64,000 nucleotides of DNA from Alphaproteobacteria bacterium (GTDB lineage: Bacteria > Pseudomonadota > Alphaproteobacteria > SP197). The position numbers and the translations under genes were made by a program. Of this stretch, positions 15,356 through 27,158 are shown piece after piece; positions within the stretch are counted from its first letter, which is position 1; the number at the start of each line of letters is the position of its first letter. A model generated the notes under the pieces. That model ran no database searches. It worked only from the letters and a program-made list of their open reading frames with translations, and was not told where the DNA came from. The stretch lies in NCBI GenBank assembly GCA_964291415.2, contig OZ219918.1:544001-608000 (forward strand), written 5' to 3'.

Positions 15356-15392
15356 CATCAGGGCAACGCTGACGGCCGCGAGTGCCCTGATG
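15356..15392. terminator. 10-bp inverted repeat after priA (possible terminator or stabilising hairpin)
   Basis: CATCAGGGCA (15356-15365) pairs with TGCCCTGATG (15383-15392); no U tract. Confidence 0.35.
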
Positions 15393-15548
15393 CCGGGCAT
15401 GTGCGAGCCTCACCTCGCGGCGATCCGCCTTGCACCCGGAGTCCTGCTGTGCTACCCCATCGCCCGCTTCCCGCCCGCAACGGGGCGAAAGCCCCGGCAT
15501 GTTCCGGGAGCACCCACTTCCTGTCTGATTGGATGAGGGCTGACGGGT

Positions 15549-16109
15549 TTGGCCTCCGACAACCATGCAGTAACCGGTCTTTCGGGACGCTACGCACGGG
15601 CGCTCTACGAGCTTGCCGGGGAGGCGGGCGAACTCGATCGGGTGGCCGACGATCTGCGTGCGATCACGCGCGCTCTCGAGGATTCGCCCGATCTGCGCCG
15701 CCTTGTCAAAAGCCCGCTGCTGTCCCGTGACGAACAGGGTCGCGCCATGGCCGGTGTGCTCGAGGCCATGGGGTCCGGGACACTGGTTCGCAACACGGTC
15801 GGCGTGCTGGCTCAGGCTAGACGACTGCATGCCCTGAAGGATGTCGCTTCTGACTTCCTGCGTCTCAATGCCCTGCGGCGCGGCGAGACCACGGCCGAGG
15901 TGACATCGGCGCGGCCCTTGAGTGACGGGGAACTGGCCCGCCTGCGGGAAGCCCTGGGGCGAATTGTCAGGCGTGATGTCACGATTGAACCCAGCGTCGA
16001 TCCGTCAGTGATCGGCGGACTCGTGGTCACCATCGGATCGCGCATGATGGACAGCACCATACGTACCAAACTTCAACGTCTCGAGCTTGCGATGAAGGGG
16101 ACCGGCTGA
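15549..16109 (+). CDS. atpH: F1 ATP synthase delta subunit
   Basis: TTG start; [29 protein letters not shown]. Confidence 0.93.
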   Translation: MASDNHAVTGLSGRYARALYELAGEAGELDRVADDLRAITRALEDSPDLRRLVKSPLLSRDEQGRAMAGVLEAMGSGTLVRNTVGVLAQARRLHALKDVASDFLRLNALRRGETTAEVTSARPLSDGELARLREALGRIVRRDVTIEPSVDPSVIGGLVVTIGSRMMDSTIRTKLQRLELAMKGTG

Positions 16110-17641
16110 TGGATATCCGTGCCGCCGAGATTTCTTCCATTATCAGGGAACAGATTGCCAGTTTCGGCGCCGAAGCGGAGGTGTCGGAGGTCGGCCGGGT
16201 CCTGTCGGTGGGCGACGGTATCGCCCGGGTCTACGGCCTGGACAATGTGCAGGCCGGCGAGATGGTCGAGTTCCCAGGAGGCGTCCAGGGGATGGCGCTC
16301 AATCTCGAGACCGACAATGTCGGCATCGTGATCTTTGGCAGCGACCGGGACATCGTCGAGGGCGACACCGTCAAGAGGACCGGTTCGATCGTCGATGTGC
16401 CCGTGGGCAAGGGTCTTCTCGGACGCGTTGTCGATGCGCTGGGCCGGCCGATCGACGGCGCCGGCGCCATCGAACACGACGAACGCCGGCGCATCGAGGT
16501 CAAGGCGCCGGGCATCATTCCCCGCGAGTCGGTCAGTGAGCCGATGCAGACCGGTCTCAAGGCCCTGGACGCCCTGGTGCCGATCGGCCGCGGTCAACGC
16601 GAGCTCATCATCGGCGACCGGCAGACCGGCAAGACGGCTGTGGCCGTCGATACCATCATCAACCAGAAGCAGAACTGGGATTCGGGCGACGAGACCCGAA
16701 GGCTCTACTGCGTTTATGTCGCCGTCGGCCAGAAGCGTTCGACGGTGGCCCAGATCGTCAAGTCGCTCGAGGATCACGGCGCCATGGAGTACACGACCAT
16801 TGTCGCCGCCACGGCGTCCGATCCGGCGCCAATGCAGTTTCTGGCTCCCTACAGCGGTTGCGCCATTGGCGAGTACTACCGTGACAACGGCATGCACGCC
16901 CTCGTCATCTACGACGATCTGTCGAAGCAGGCCGTCTCCTACAGGCAGGTCTCCCTGCTGTTGCGCCGGCCGCCGGGCCGCGAAGCCTACCCGGGCGACG
17001 TGTTCTACCTCCATTCGCGACTGCTCGAACGGGCGGCCAAGATGAACGGGGATTTCGGCGGCGGATCACTGACCGCACTGCCGGTGGTCGAGACCCAGGC
17101 TTCCGACGTGTCGGCCTACATTCCAACCAACGTCATCTCGATCACCGACGGACAGATCTTTCTCGAATCGGAACTTTTCTACCAGGGCATCCGGCCGGCC
17201 ATCAATGTCGGGATCTCGGTGTCGCGGGTTGGCTCGGCGGCGCAGACCAAGGCGATGAAGAAGGTCGCCGGATCGATCAAGCTCGAACTTGCGCAGTACC
17301 GGGAAATGGCGGCCTTTGCCCAGTTCGCCTCGGACCTTGATGCCTCGACACAGAGGCTTCTGGCGCGTGGAGAACGGTTGACCGAACTCCTCAAGCAGGA
17401 CCAGTACAGGCCCATGGCCGTGGAGGATCAGGTCGTCGTCATCTTCGCCGGCGTGAACGGCTATCTCGACGGCATCGCACCGTCTGCCGTCACACGCTAT
17501 GAACAGGCCATGCTTGCCGCGGTGCGCGACAAGGGCGCCGACATGCTTGCCGATATCCGCTCGAGCGGTGCGCTATCCGACGGGACGGCGGACAAGCTCA
17601 AGGCCTTTCTCGATGATTTCACCGGATCGTTCGCGGCCTGA
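16109..17641 (+). CDS. atpA: F1 ATP synthase alpha subunit
   Basis: [29 protein letters not shown]. Confidence 0.98.
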   Translation: MDIRAAEISSIIREQIASFGAEAEVSEVGRVLSVGDGIARVYGLDNVQAGEMVEFPGGVQGMALNLETDNVGIVIFGSDRDIVEGDTVKRTGSIVDVPVGKGLLGRVVDALGRPIDGAGAIEHDERRRIEVKAPGIIPRESVSEPMQTGLKALDALVPIGRGQRELIIGDRQTGKTAVAVDTIINQKQNWDSGDETRRLYCVYVAVGQKRSTVAQIVKSLEDHGAMEYTTIVAATASDPAPMQFLAPYSGCAIGEYYRDNGMHALVIYDDLSKQAVSYRQVSLLLRRPPGREAYPGDVFYLHSRLLERAAKMNGDFGGGSLTALPVVETQASDVSAYIPTNVISITDGQIFLESELFYQGIRPAINVGISVSRVGSAAQTKAMKKVAGSIKLELAQYREMAAFAQFASDLDASTQRLLARGERLTELLKQDQYRPMAVEDQVVVIFAGVNGYLDGIAPSAVTRYEQAMLAAVRDKGADMLADIRSSGALSDGTADKLKAFLDDFTGSFAA

Positions 17642-17660
17642 TCGCGCATCCTGAACGGCC

Positions 17661-19989
<2,329 letters not shown>

Positions 19990-19993
19990 CGTC

Positions 19994-20401
19994 ATGGCCG
20001 GCAGGGTCAACTTCGAGCTGGTGAGTCCGGAACGCATTCTCGTCTCGGACACCTTCGACATGATCGTGATACCCGGAGGCGATGGAGACATCGGCGTGCT
20101 GCCCGATCATGCACCGCTGATCTCCACCATCCGTCCGGGCGTGATCGACATCCATGACGACGGCAAGGTGGCGCATCAGGTCTTCGTCGCAGGAGGCTTT
20201 GCCGAGGTCCTGCCCGACCGTTGCACCGTGCTGGCCGAAAAGGCGCTCATGGTGGCCAGTATCGATGCCGGAGACGTTCGTGCCCGGATCGAGGCTGCCG
20301 AACTCGACCTGCGCGATGCTGAAAGCGACGCCGACCGCACACGGGCCGAGGGCGAACTCGCGATCCTCAACGCCATGCTCGAGGCCGTCCCGGACTCCTG
20401 A
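19994..20401 (+). CDS. atpC: F1 ATP synthase epsilon subunit
   Basis: ATG 19994; FELVSPER, PGGDGDIGVLPDHAPLIS, VAGGFAEV. Confidence 0.95.
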   Translation: MAGRVNFELVSPERILVSDTFDMIVIPGGDGDIGVLPDHAPLISTIRPGVIDIHDDGKVAHQVFVAGGFAEVLPDRCTVLAEKALMVASIDAGDVRARIEAAELDLRDAESDADRTRAEGELAILNAMLEAVPDS

Positions 20402-20556
20402 GCACGCGTTGCGGCTGAAGGGCGCGTCCCGCTTTGATCAGGTCGAGTCACTTCGGCCGTCTTCCAGCGTTGTTGTCTTCGGCGCGAACCGAATGACATG
20501 CGCTCAGGAGGCCGGAACCGCCATGGACCGTGCTTCTGTTGGAGTTTTCGGGCGGC

Positions 20557-20726
20557 AGGATCGATCACCTTGAGGATGGGAGATTTCGGAAAGTCCAGAT
20601 CAAGGGTGTAGGCGGTCCGCACTTCGTGGATGCACAGTAGAACTATAGGGGGCGCATCCCGGCGAGATTGCTTCACGCAACCACGTCGTTGGCAGCGATC
20701 AAGCACGCTCCCTCCATCTCCGAAAC
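20557..20726 (-). pseudogene. Decayed C-terminal half of a VapC/PIN toxin
   Basis: Reads VSEMEG...DVVA*SNLA, then a 1-nt frameshift, then DAPPIVLLCIHEVRTAYTLDLDFPKSPILKVIDP, matching the VapC end pattern RGNLVPDAHLAALL..HGVRTLYT.DRDF..F..L.V.DP. Confidence 0.65.
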
Positions 20727-20748
20727 AAAGGACCGTGAAGCCGGTCAC
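20727..20748 (-). pseudogene. First 7 codons of a second PIN toxin (MTGFTVL), truncated
   Basis: GTG at 20748 overlaps the TGA of the HTH gene; FTVL resembles the F-T-V-x-Y-D-A-x-V-L start of PIN genes paired with excisionase-type HTH antitoxins. Confidence 0.45.
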
Positions 20749-21212
20749 CAAGAGCCATACCCCATGTCTCCGGTCTGGGCCTCGCGGGTCATATTCTCAA
20801 GAACCTGTTCGCGCTCGCGGTCGATGGCACTCTTGTAGGCCATGACATCTTCCATACGAATGCGGCGGTGCTTGCCGACCTTCCGATGCGGGATGATTTT
20901 CCTGTCGAGGAGCTTGATCAGGAAGGGGCGAGAGACGTTCAAAACGTCGGCTGCCTGGACCGTGGTCAGCTCCGCGCTTTCCGGGATCAGCGCAACGCCC
21001 CGTCCCGCGGCCATGGCTTCCAGGACACGCACGAGCAGGTCGACCGCACCGGCGGGAAGATCGATCGTCTGCTCCGCTTCGCTGTCCCTGATGACGCGCA
21101 GCTTCAGGGGCCGGTTCATCCCGCCATAGGGAGAAAGAGCCTCGTAAGTGCTTTGTGCGATCGCTGCATCCTGCGGCGTGGACGGGAACTGCCGGTGAGC
21201 AAACGTGTTCAT
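20745..21212 (-). CDS. Excisionase-family (HTH_17) DNA-binding protein, putative antitoxin
   Basis: GGAGG RBS; ELTTVQAADVLNVSRPFLIKLL..KIIPHRKVGKHRRIRMEDVMAYK; ends in MGY. Confidence 0.85.
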   Translation of the reverse strand: MNTFAHRQFPSTPQDAAIAQSTYEALSPYGGMNRPLKLRVIRDSEAEQTIDLPAGAVDLLVRVLEAMAAGRGVALIPESAELTTVQAADVLNVSRPFLIKLLDRKIIPHRKVGKHRRIRMEDVMAYKSAIDREREQVLENMTREAQTGDMGYGSW

Positions 21213-21356
21213 GTGTGCCTCCGGATAGGACGTGCTCGATCGAATCTCACTCGATCAATGAAATAAATGCATTAATCGAAGCAAACGACAATGGGCGCGG
21301 TACGGGACACTCTGCCGGTCCGGGAGAGTTCCGTTTCTTCAGACCGACGGTGTCAC

Positions 21357-21593
21357 TCAATTGGGACCGACGTCGAACAGCGCGTGTATTGCTTCCTTGT
21401 CGGTGACATCGACGCGAGCCTGCATGGCTTCGGCGTTCCAGTTCAGATCGGGTTCGACCGAATCGGCTCGGTACCTTGCGAGTGCGTCGGCCAGCAGTCT
21501 GGAGACGAGGCTGCCCAGGGAGCCTCCTTCGGTCTTCTGGAGCTGCTTCAACTCTTCCAGTATCGGGACAGGGATGTCGATGGTCACACGCAT
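21357..21593 (-). CDS. Ribbon-helix-helix VapB-type antitoxin
   Basis: MRVTIDIPVPILEELKQLQKTEGGSLGSLVSRLLADAL...MQARVDVTDKEAI matches the MRTTLDID...SLG.LVS.LL...ARVDL.DK.A antitoxin pattern. Confidence 0.75.
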   Translation of the reverse strand: MRVTIDIPVPILEELKQLQKTEGGSLGSLVSRLLADALARYRADSVEPDLNWNAEAMQARVDVTDKEAIHALFDVGPN

Positions 21594-21630
21594 GATGCGT
21601 GATGCTGTTTCGTATGGCGTCACGAGTCAA
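21594..21630 (-). promoter_or_regulatory. Putative sigma70 promoter/operator of the antitoxin
   Basis: TTGACT (21630-21625), 17 nt, CAGCAT (21607-21602); GCATCA repeated twice immediately before the ATG at 21593. Confidence 0.45.
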
Positions 21631-22071
21631 ACTCGCGCTCCAGCGAAGGGCTCGGCATGGCAGCCGCTGCCAAGTTCCGGACGTGTTGACGCCACGTGCA
21701 ACACGGTGCTTCACCGGTTCGCCGACGATGTCGCGATGATGCCCCCGGGGCCGTCTCAGCCGCCTTCTATGGTGCGAACCACGATTGCGCGAACGTGTCG
21801 TCTCGGGTGTGTCGCCATGCCGGATCCCCGGACTATGGGCCTCGCCTGATTGCGCCCGGGTAGTTTTCCATTGAGGACGAAAGCCGAATCCCGCGGTCAA
21901 GACAGACACCAGAAGCGCGAACTTCCAACATCTTGCATTCCAGCACGGGGCTTCGCCGGGAGTCGATTCCGCTATGGTTCGGGTGACCCGGATTGGTGAG
22001 GCTGCGGCGAAAATGGTAGAATGATGCAAATCAGGCACGAACGAAAACGTGCCGCAAGGGGAGGATTGGCC

Positions 22072-23151
22072 ATGACGACATCGATACCTTCACGGGGCGC
22101 CGCCTTGCGGGCGACCGGACCCGTTCTCGTCGCCGTTGCGGTGGCGGCCTTCGCGTTCACCGCTCGGGCGACGGAGGATCTCAACGTGATCGGCTGGTGT
22201 GACATCACGGATCCGGAACTGAACGGCCCGTTCGAGGAGGCCTTCGACGTGCGCATCAACGTCAAGACCCATGAGGATCCGGCGGTCGCGCAGACCATCA
22301 TCGAGCAGTCGGCGCCCGGGGACTGGGACGTCTTCCACACCGACGCGACGCTCGTGGCGACCCACGTGGAGGCCGGCCTGCTCGCAGAACTCGACCCGGC
22401 GGACTTTCCGCTCGACGACATCTTTCCGCAGGTCCTGCGGCGCGATCTCCACTTCGTGGACGGCAAGCTCTACGCGGTGCCGGATGTCTTCGGCTGGAAC
22501 ACCGTCGCCTACAACAGCGAGCGTGTCGATGCGGAGGATATCGCAAGCTACGACATCGCCTGGAATCCGAAGTACGAGGGCCGCATCGCGGTCTGGGATT
22601 TCTACGTGCAGATCATGCAGAACGTCGGGCTCGCCATGGGACTGGCTCCCGACGAGATCACCATGGACAATCTCGCGGAGGTCGAGGAGCGGCTGCTCGC
22701 CATGAAGCAGAATGTCGGAGTGGTCGGCGACATCGCGACCATCCAGACGGCCCTGGCGACCGGCGATGCGGATATCGTGCTCGGAGGGGGACAGTGGATC
22801 GTGACCGGCCTGCAGGAGGAGAATCCGGCGCTCGACTGGACCGTTCCCGAGGAAGGCGGAATCTTCTACCTCGAGAGCGTCGGCGTCGTGGCGTCTTCGG
22901 AGAAGAAGGAACTTGCCAACGAATACGTCAAGTACCTGATCAGCGCCGCGGGGCAGGGGAGGTTCGCCATGAATTCGTGCGGCATGGCGATGCCGGCGAA
23001 CTCGAAGGCCGAGCTGACCGACGAGGAAAGAGCGCTGCTTCGCTGGGACCTCAAGGACACCTTCCTCGAGGACTCCCACATCAACCACTACTATGAGCAG
23101 GAACTCGACATGGCGATGATCGACGCCTGGGCACGGTTCCTGCAGCACTAG
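22072..23151 (+). CDS. ABC transporter substrate-binding protein, PotD/PotF family
   Basis: GGAGG RBS; signal peptide; FEEAFDVRINV, GKLYAVP..FGWNTVAYN, WNPKYEGRI, VPEEGG. Confidence 0.88.
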   Translation: MTTSIPSRGAALRATGPVLVAVAVAAFAFTARATEDLNVIGWCDITDPELNGPFEEAFDVRINVKTHEDPAVAQTIIEQSAPGDWDVFHTDATLVATHVEAGLLAELDPADFPLDDIFPQVLRRDLHFVDGKLYAVPDVFGWNTVAYNSERVDAEDIASYDIAWNPKYEGRIAVWDFYVQIMQNVGLAMGLAPDEITMDNLAEVEERLLAMKQNVGVVGDIATIQTALATGDADIVLGGGQWIVTGLQEENPALDWTVPEEGGIFYLESVGVVASSEKKELANEYVKYLISAAGQGRFAMNSCGMAMPANSKAELTDEERALLRWDLKDTFLEDSHINHYYEQELDMAMIDAWARFLQH

Positions 23152-23152
23152 G

Positions 23153-23175
23153 CGGACCGGCGCCGGACCGGTCCG
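23153..23175. other. GC hairpin between the SBP and permease genes
   Basis: CGGACCGG (23153-23160) pairs with CCGGTCCG (23168-23175); typical mRNA-stabilising position. Confidence 0.35.
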
Positions 23176-23210
23176 TTCCGGCGTGCCGCTGACCGTTCGC
23201 ACCGGATCCG

Positions 23211-24066
23211 ATGCCGGGGCGTGATTCCAGGGGCTGGGGGTACGTTCTCCCGGCCCTGGCATGGACGCTTGCCTTCTTCGTGCTGCCATTCCTCCTGATG
23301 GCCTGCTACAGCCTGTGGCGCTTCGAAGGAGGCCAGGTTCTGCATGTCTGGACTTTCGAGAACTACGAAGCGTTTGTCGTGCGGCCCCACTTTCATCGAG
23401 GCGCTCGTCAATTCGCTCGAGGTGACGGCGCTGACCGTGGTCCTGAGCGTCCTGCTGGCCTATCCGCTGGCCTGGATCCTGGCGTTCCGGGTGCCAGCGC
23501 ACCTGCAGCGGATCGCGCTGGTGCTCGCGGTCCTGCCATTCTGGACATCCTATCTCGTCCGCTCCTACAGCTGGCTTCTGGTCCTCTCGGACAGGGGCAT
23601 CATCAACAGCGCGCTGCTCGCGGCCGGGATCGTCGAGACGCCCCTGGAACTCGCCCACAACCGGGGCGCGACCGTGCTGGGGTTCACGCACTTCTTCACC
23701 ATGCTGCTGACACTGACCATCTTCGCCAGCCTGGTCCAGATCAATCCCCACTACCACGCGGCCGCCGCGGATCTCGGAGCGTCGCGCCTCAGGATCTTTC
23801 TGAGGATCACCCTGCCCCTGAGCCTTCCCGGAGTCGTCGTCGGGGCCTTTCTTACCTTCGTCGTCGCGGTCGGGGACTTCATCACGCCGCAGATCCTCGG
23901 AGGGGGCACCGAGCTGCTGATGCCCCAGGCGATCATGCTCCAGATCAGCCGCTACGTGGACCTGCCCATGGCGTCGGCGATGAGTCTCATTCTGATGGCC
24001 GTCGTGACGCTGGTCTTCCTCGCCTGCGCGCGCTGGCTGAAGGTCCGCAGCCGGGTGTCGCCGTGA
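23211..24066 (+). pseudogene. PotB-family ABC permease split by a +1 frameshift (real lesion or sequencing error)
   Basis: N-terminal part (YVLPALAWTLAFFVLP...TFENY) is in frame 23211; the remainder (FIEALVNSL...PFWTSYLVRSYSW...AAADLGA) is in frame 23344; removing one C from CCCC at 23385-23388 joins them. Confidence 0.8.
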
Positions 24067-24866
24067 TGTCGAGAAGGTCTCTCGCCCGGCTGGCCACCAT
24101 CGCCTATGTCGCGGCGATCTACGGATTCATCTTCCTTCCCGTGGTGGTGCTCATCGTCTTCTCGTTCCAGGACGGCAAGCTTCCGGTACCGCCCTTCCGC
24201 GGGTTCACGCTGAAGTGGTATGACGCGCTCTTCGCCAACAGGCGCCTCATGGACAGCCTCGCGAACTCGGTCGTGGTCGCCCTTGCCTCGGGCGCGGCGT
24301 CGACGGTCCTGGGCTTTCTCGCGGCCTACGGCCTGGCGCGGTACCGTCCCGCCGGCGGTCCGGTGATCCAGTGGCTCCTGGTCCTGCCGCTTTTCGTCTC
24401 CTACCTCGTCATCGGCATGGGTCTCCTGCTGGTGCTGAGGGAGTTCGGGATCTCGAAGTCGCTGCTGACGGTCGGCATGGGCCACCTCGTGATCAACCTG
24501 CCCCTGGCGTTCGCGGTGATCTACGGACAGATGGGCGATCACCAGGTGTATGCCGAAAGGGCCGCCAGGGACCTCGGAGCCAGCGAAGCCACCGTGCTCA
24601 GACGAATCACGGTGCCGATGCTGTGGCCCGCCCTGTTCGCCGCGTTCGCGCTCACGTTCACCTTCTCCTGGGACGAATTCATCATTGCCTTCCTGCTCAG
24701 CGTCTTCGACGTCACCCTGCCCGTGGAGCTGTGGAGCCTCCTGCGCCGGGGGCTCAACCCGCAGGCCAACGCCGCCGGATCCCTCGTCTTCACCGTGACG
24801 ATAGCGGTCCTCGTCCTCGCCCTCCTGGCTTACCGCTTCCATCGCAGGAAAGGCACAGCCTCATGA
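24066..24866 (+). CDS. PotC-family ABC permease
   Basis: ATG overlaps the upstream TGA; GFTLKWY, ERAARDLGA, FTFSWDEF. Confidence 0.9.
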   Translation: MSRRSLARLATIAYVAAIYGFIFLPVVVLIVFSFQDGKLPVPPFRGFTLKWYDALFANRRLMDSLANSVVVALASGAASTVLGFLAAYGLARYRPAGGPVIQWLLVLPLFVSYLVIGMGLLLVLREFGISKSLLTVGMGHLVINLPLAFAVIYGQMGDHQVYAERAARDLGASEATVLRRITVPMLWPALFAAFALTFTFSWDEFIIAFLLSVFDVTLPVELWSLLRRGLNPQANAAGSLVFTVTIAVLVLALLAYRFHRRKGTAS

Positions 24867-25927
24867 ACGGGGCCCACGTCATGCTCGAGGGAGTGAGCAA
24901 GAACTATGCGGGAATCCCTGCGGTACGCGATGTCAACCTCTCGATCGATCGAGGTGAGTTCGTTGTCCTGCTGGGGCCTTCCGGGAGCGGCAAGACGACG
25001 CTCCTTTCGATCCTGGGGGGCTTTGTCGAGCCGACCTCGGGGCGTGTCGTGATCGGCGGGAGAGACGTGACGCTGACGCCGCCGGCCCGGCGACCCACTT
25101 CCACGGTCTTCCAGGACTATGCGCTCTTTCCGCACATGAACGTTGCCGGCAACATCGCCTTCGGCCTCGAGATGCAGGGACTCGGGCGAACCGAACGCCT
25201 CTCCCGCGTATCGGACGTGCTGGACATGGTCGGACTCTCAGGCTTCGAGCGGCGGCCGGTGGCGGAACTCTCCGGCGGGCAGCGGCAGAGGGTGGCGCTG
25301 GCCAGGGCCATCGCAGTACGGCCGGAAGTTCTGCTCCTGGACGAGCCGCTCGGCGCCCTCGATCTCAACCTGAGACGCCAGATGCAGGATGAGCTGGTCG
25401 GCCTGCAGCGAAGCCTGGGCACGACCTTCGTCCATGTCACCCATGACCAGGAAGAGGGCATGAGCATCGCCGACAGGATCGTGGTCCTGAACAACGGCCG
25501 CGTCGAGGACTCCGGCACCCCGAACCGGGTCTACCTCGAGCCGGCGACACTGTTCGCCGCCACGTTCATGGGCGAGACCAACATCATTAGGGGCCGGGTG
25601 GAGGAGGTTGCCGAGGGGCACCTGAGGCTCTCGACGCCGCTGGGCGACATCCGGGTCCAGGGCACGGCACCTGTGGGACACGACGTCCGCGTCTCGATCC
25701 GGCCGGAGCATGTCCTGTTCGAACCCGCCCGCGATACCGAGAGTCTGGGTGAGGTTGTCTTCACCGACAGTGTGTTCCAGGGAGCGCACTACCGGTGCCG
25801 GGCGAGGAGTGCCGGGTACGACGACCTGGAACTCCTCGTGTATGTTCCGGTCGAGCGTGGTGCGGCCGTCGGCGAGAGGGCCGGAGTGCATGTCCGCCGC
25901 CGCCGCATCGTCCTGCACGCGAACTAG
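24863..25927 (+). CDS. PotA-family ABC ATP-binding protein
   Basis: GPSGSGKT, VFQDYALFPH, LSGGQRQR, LLLDEP, VTHDQEE, C-terminal TOBE-like region. Confidence 0.93.
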   Translation: MNGAHVMLEGVSKNYAGIPAVRDVNLSIDRGEFVVLLGPSGSGKTTLLSILGGFVEPTSGRVVIGGRDVTLTPPARRPTSTVFQDYALFPHMNVAGNIAFGLEMQGLGRTERLSRVSDVLDMVGLSGFERRPVAELSGGQRQRVALARAIAVRPEVLLLDEPLGALDLNLRRQMQDELVGLQRSLGTTFVHVTHDQEEGMSIADRIVVLNNGRVEDSGTPNRVYLEPATLFAATFMGETNIIRGRVEEVAEGHLRLSTPLGDIRVQGTAPVGHDVRVSIRPEHVLFEPARDTESLGEVVFTDSVFQGAHYRCRARSAGYDDLELLVYVPVERGAAVGERAGVHVRRRRIVLHAN

Positions 25928-25941
25928 AAGGAGGACATCGT

Positions 25942-27123
25942 ATGGTCAGGGGCTACTTTCCGCAGGAAGAATACGAGGAACGCTGGAGGCGCGTTCATCG
26001 GGAGATGGAACGGCGCGGCTTCGCTGCCGCGGTGGTGTGGAGCCGGTCCATACAGAGCCAGGATCGGGCCGGCGATGTCCTCTACCTCACCAACTACTAT
26101 GCCCCCGAAGCATCGCCCGACACACACGGCCGCCATGCCTGGGGATACTACGCCGTCATTCTGCAGCCCGGCGAGACGCCCGAGCTCGTGGCCGAGGCGA
26201 GCGACGTGCGCAACGAATTCCTTGCCACGGACCGCGTGTCGCGCCACCGCGACCTCGTCGACGGCGTGGTGCGGCGGCTTGAGGCCAGGCGGCTCGAGGG
26301 AGCTGTCGCCTTCACGGGCGCGACCGTGCTGCCCTATCGCTACGGCCGCGAGATGCTCGCGAGGACCCCGGGCATCGACTGGCGCGAGGACGAGGACCTC
26401 GTGCTCGCGGTTCGCCGCATCAAGAGTCCGCGGGAACTCGACTGCATGCGCGAGGGCGGGGCCAACGGGGCCGTCGCGCTCGATATCCTCATGAAGGAGA
26501 TGGTCCGGGGCGCCACCGAGCGAGAGGCGGTGGCGGAGGCGGTTCGCGAACTCTACAGGCGCGGCAACGGCGGCTCCTACATTTCGGTCAACCACGGAGA
26601 CACCATCGGTTACTGGTGCCGCGAGCCCCTGCTGGGACGCGGCGGCGATGCCCCCCGGGCGGGCGACCTCGTGCGGGGCTGGATGGACACGACCTTCCAG
26701 GGGTACTGGTTCGACCATGGCCGCACGGCCGTGGCAGGATCCGCGCCCACGGCGGAACAGCGCCAACTCATCGAGGACTGCGCCTCGATCGTCGAGACCA
26801 TTCAGAAATCAGTGCGCCCGGGGGCCACCGGCGAGGAGATCGCGGCGGCGGGCCGCGCCGTGGTCGAGACGGTGGGAGGCGACGACGGCACCATGAGCCA
26901 GACCTATTCCGTGGTCGCCCACGGCACCGGACTCTACTGGGAGCCCCCGTTCATCAATCTCGCCGGCGACAACCCGGATGAGCGGATCGATGCCGGCATG
27001 GTGATGGGCGTCGAGTACTTCCTGTCACGCCCCGGTGTCGGGACGGCGGGAATCGAAGAGAACTTCATCGTCGGTTCCGAGTGTAACGAGAGCCTCACCA
27101 ACCTTCCCATGCTCGGCTGGTAG
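25942..27123 (+). CDS. M24-family (Xaa-Pro peptidase/creatinase-like) hydrolase
   Basis: AAGGAGG RBS; F..EEYEERW creatinase-N start; IKSPRE; metal ligands D..D (MDTTFQGYWFD), H (AHGTG), E (GVEY), E (IEEN). Confidence 0.85.
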   Translation: MVRGYFPQEEYEERWRRVHREMERRGFAAAVVWSRSIQSQDRAGDVLYLTNYYAPEASPDTHGRHAWGYYAVILQPGETPELVAEASDVRNEFLATDRVSRHRDLVDGVVRRLEARRLEGAVAFTGATVLPYRYGREMLARTPGIDWREDEDLVLAVRRIKSPRELDCMREGGANGAVALDILMKEMVRGATEREAVAEAVRELYRRGNGGSYISVNHGDTIGYWCREPLLGRGGDAPRAGDLVRGWMDTTFQGYWFDHGRTAVAGSAPTAEQRQLIEDCASIVETIQKSVRPGATGEEIAAAGRAVVETVGGDDGTMSQTYSVVAHGTGLYWEPPFINLAGDNPDERIDAGMVMGVEYFLSRPGVGTAGIEENFIVGSECNESLTNLPMLGW

Positions 27124-27130
27124 CCGTCGT

Positions 27131-27158
27131 CCGTGCCGCAGCGCGGCGACCGGCACGG
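27131..27158. terminator. Hairpin after the M24 gene
   Basis: CCGTGCCG pairs with CGGCACGG, 8-bp stem starting 8 nt after the stop; no U tract. Confidence 0.35.

Noticed and set aside
20507-20573. AGGAGG followed by a 16-codon ORF (MDRASVGVFGRQDRSP)
   Set aside because: Too short, overlaps the PIN relic on the other strand, and has no other support
20745-21212. Excisionase indicating an integrative element
   Set aside because: Architecture and the coupled PIN start fit the HTH-PIN toxin-antitoxin type; no integrase adjacent
23211-24866. 551-aa ORF looking like a fused double permease
   Set aside because: It joins the PotB N-terminus to PotC through out-of-frame sequence created by the 23385-23388 frameshift
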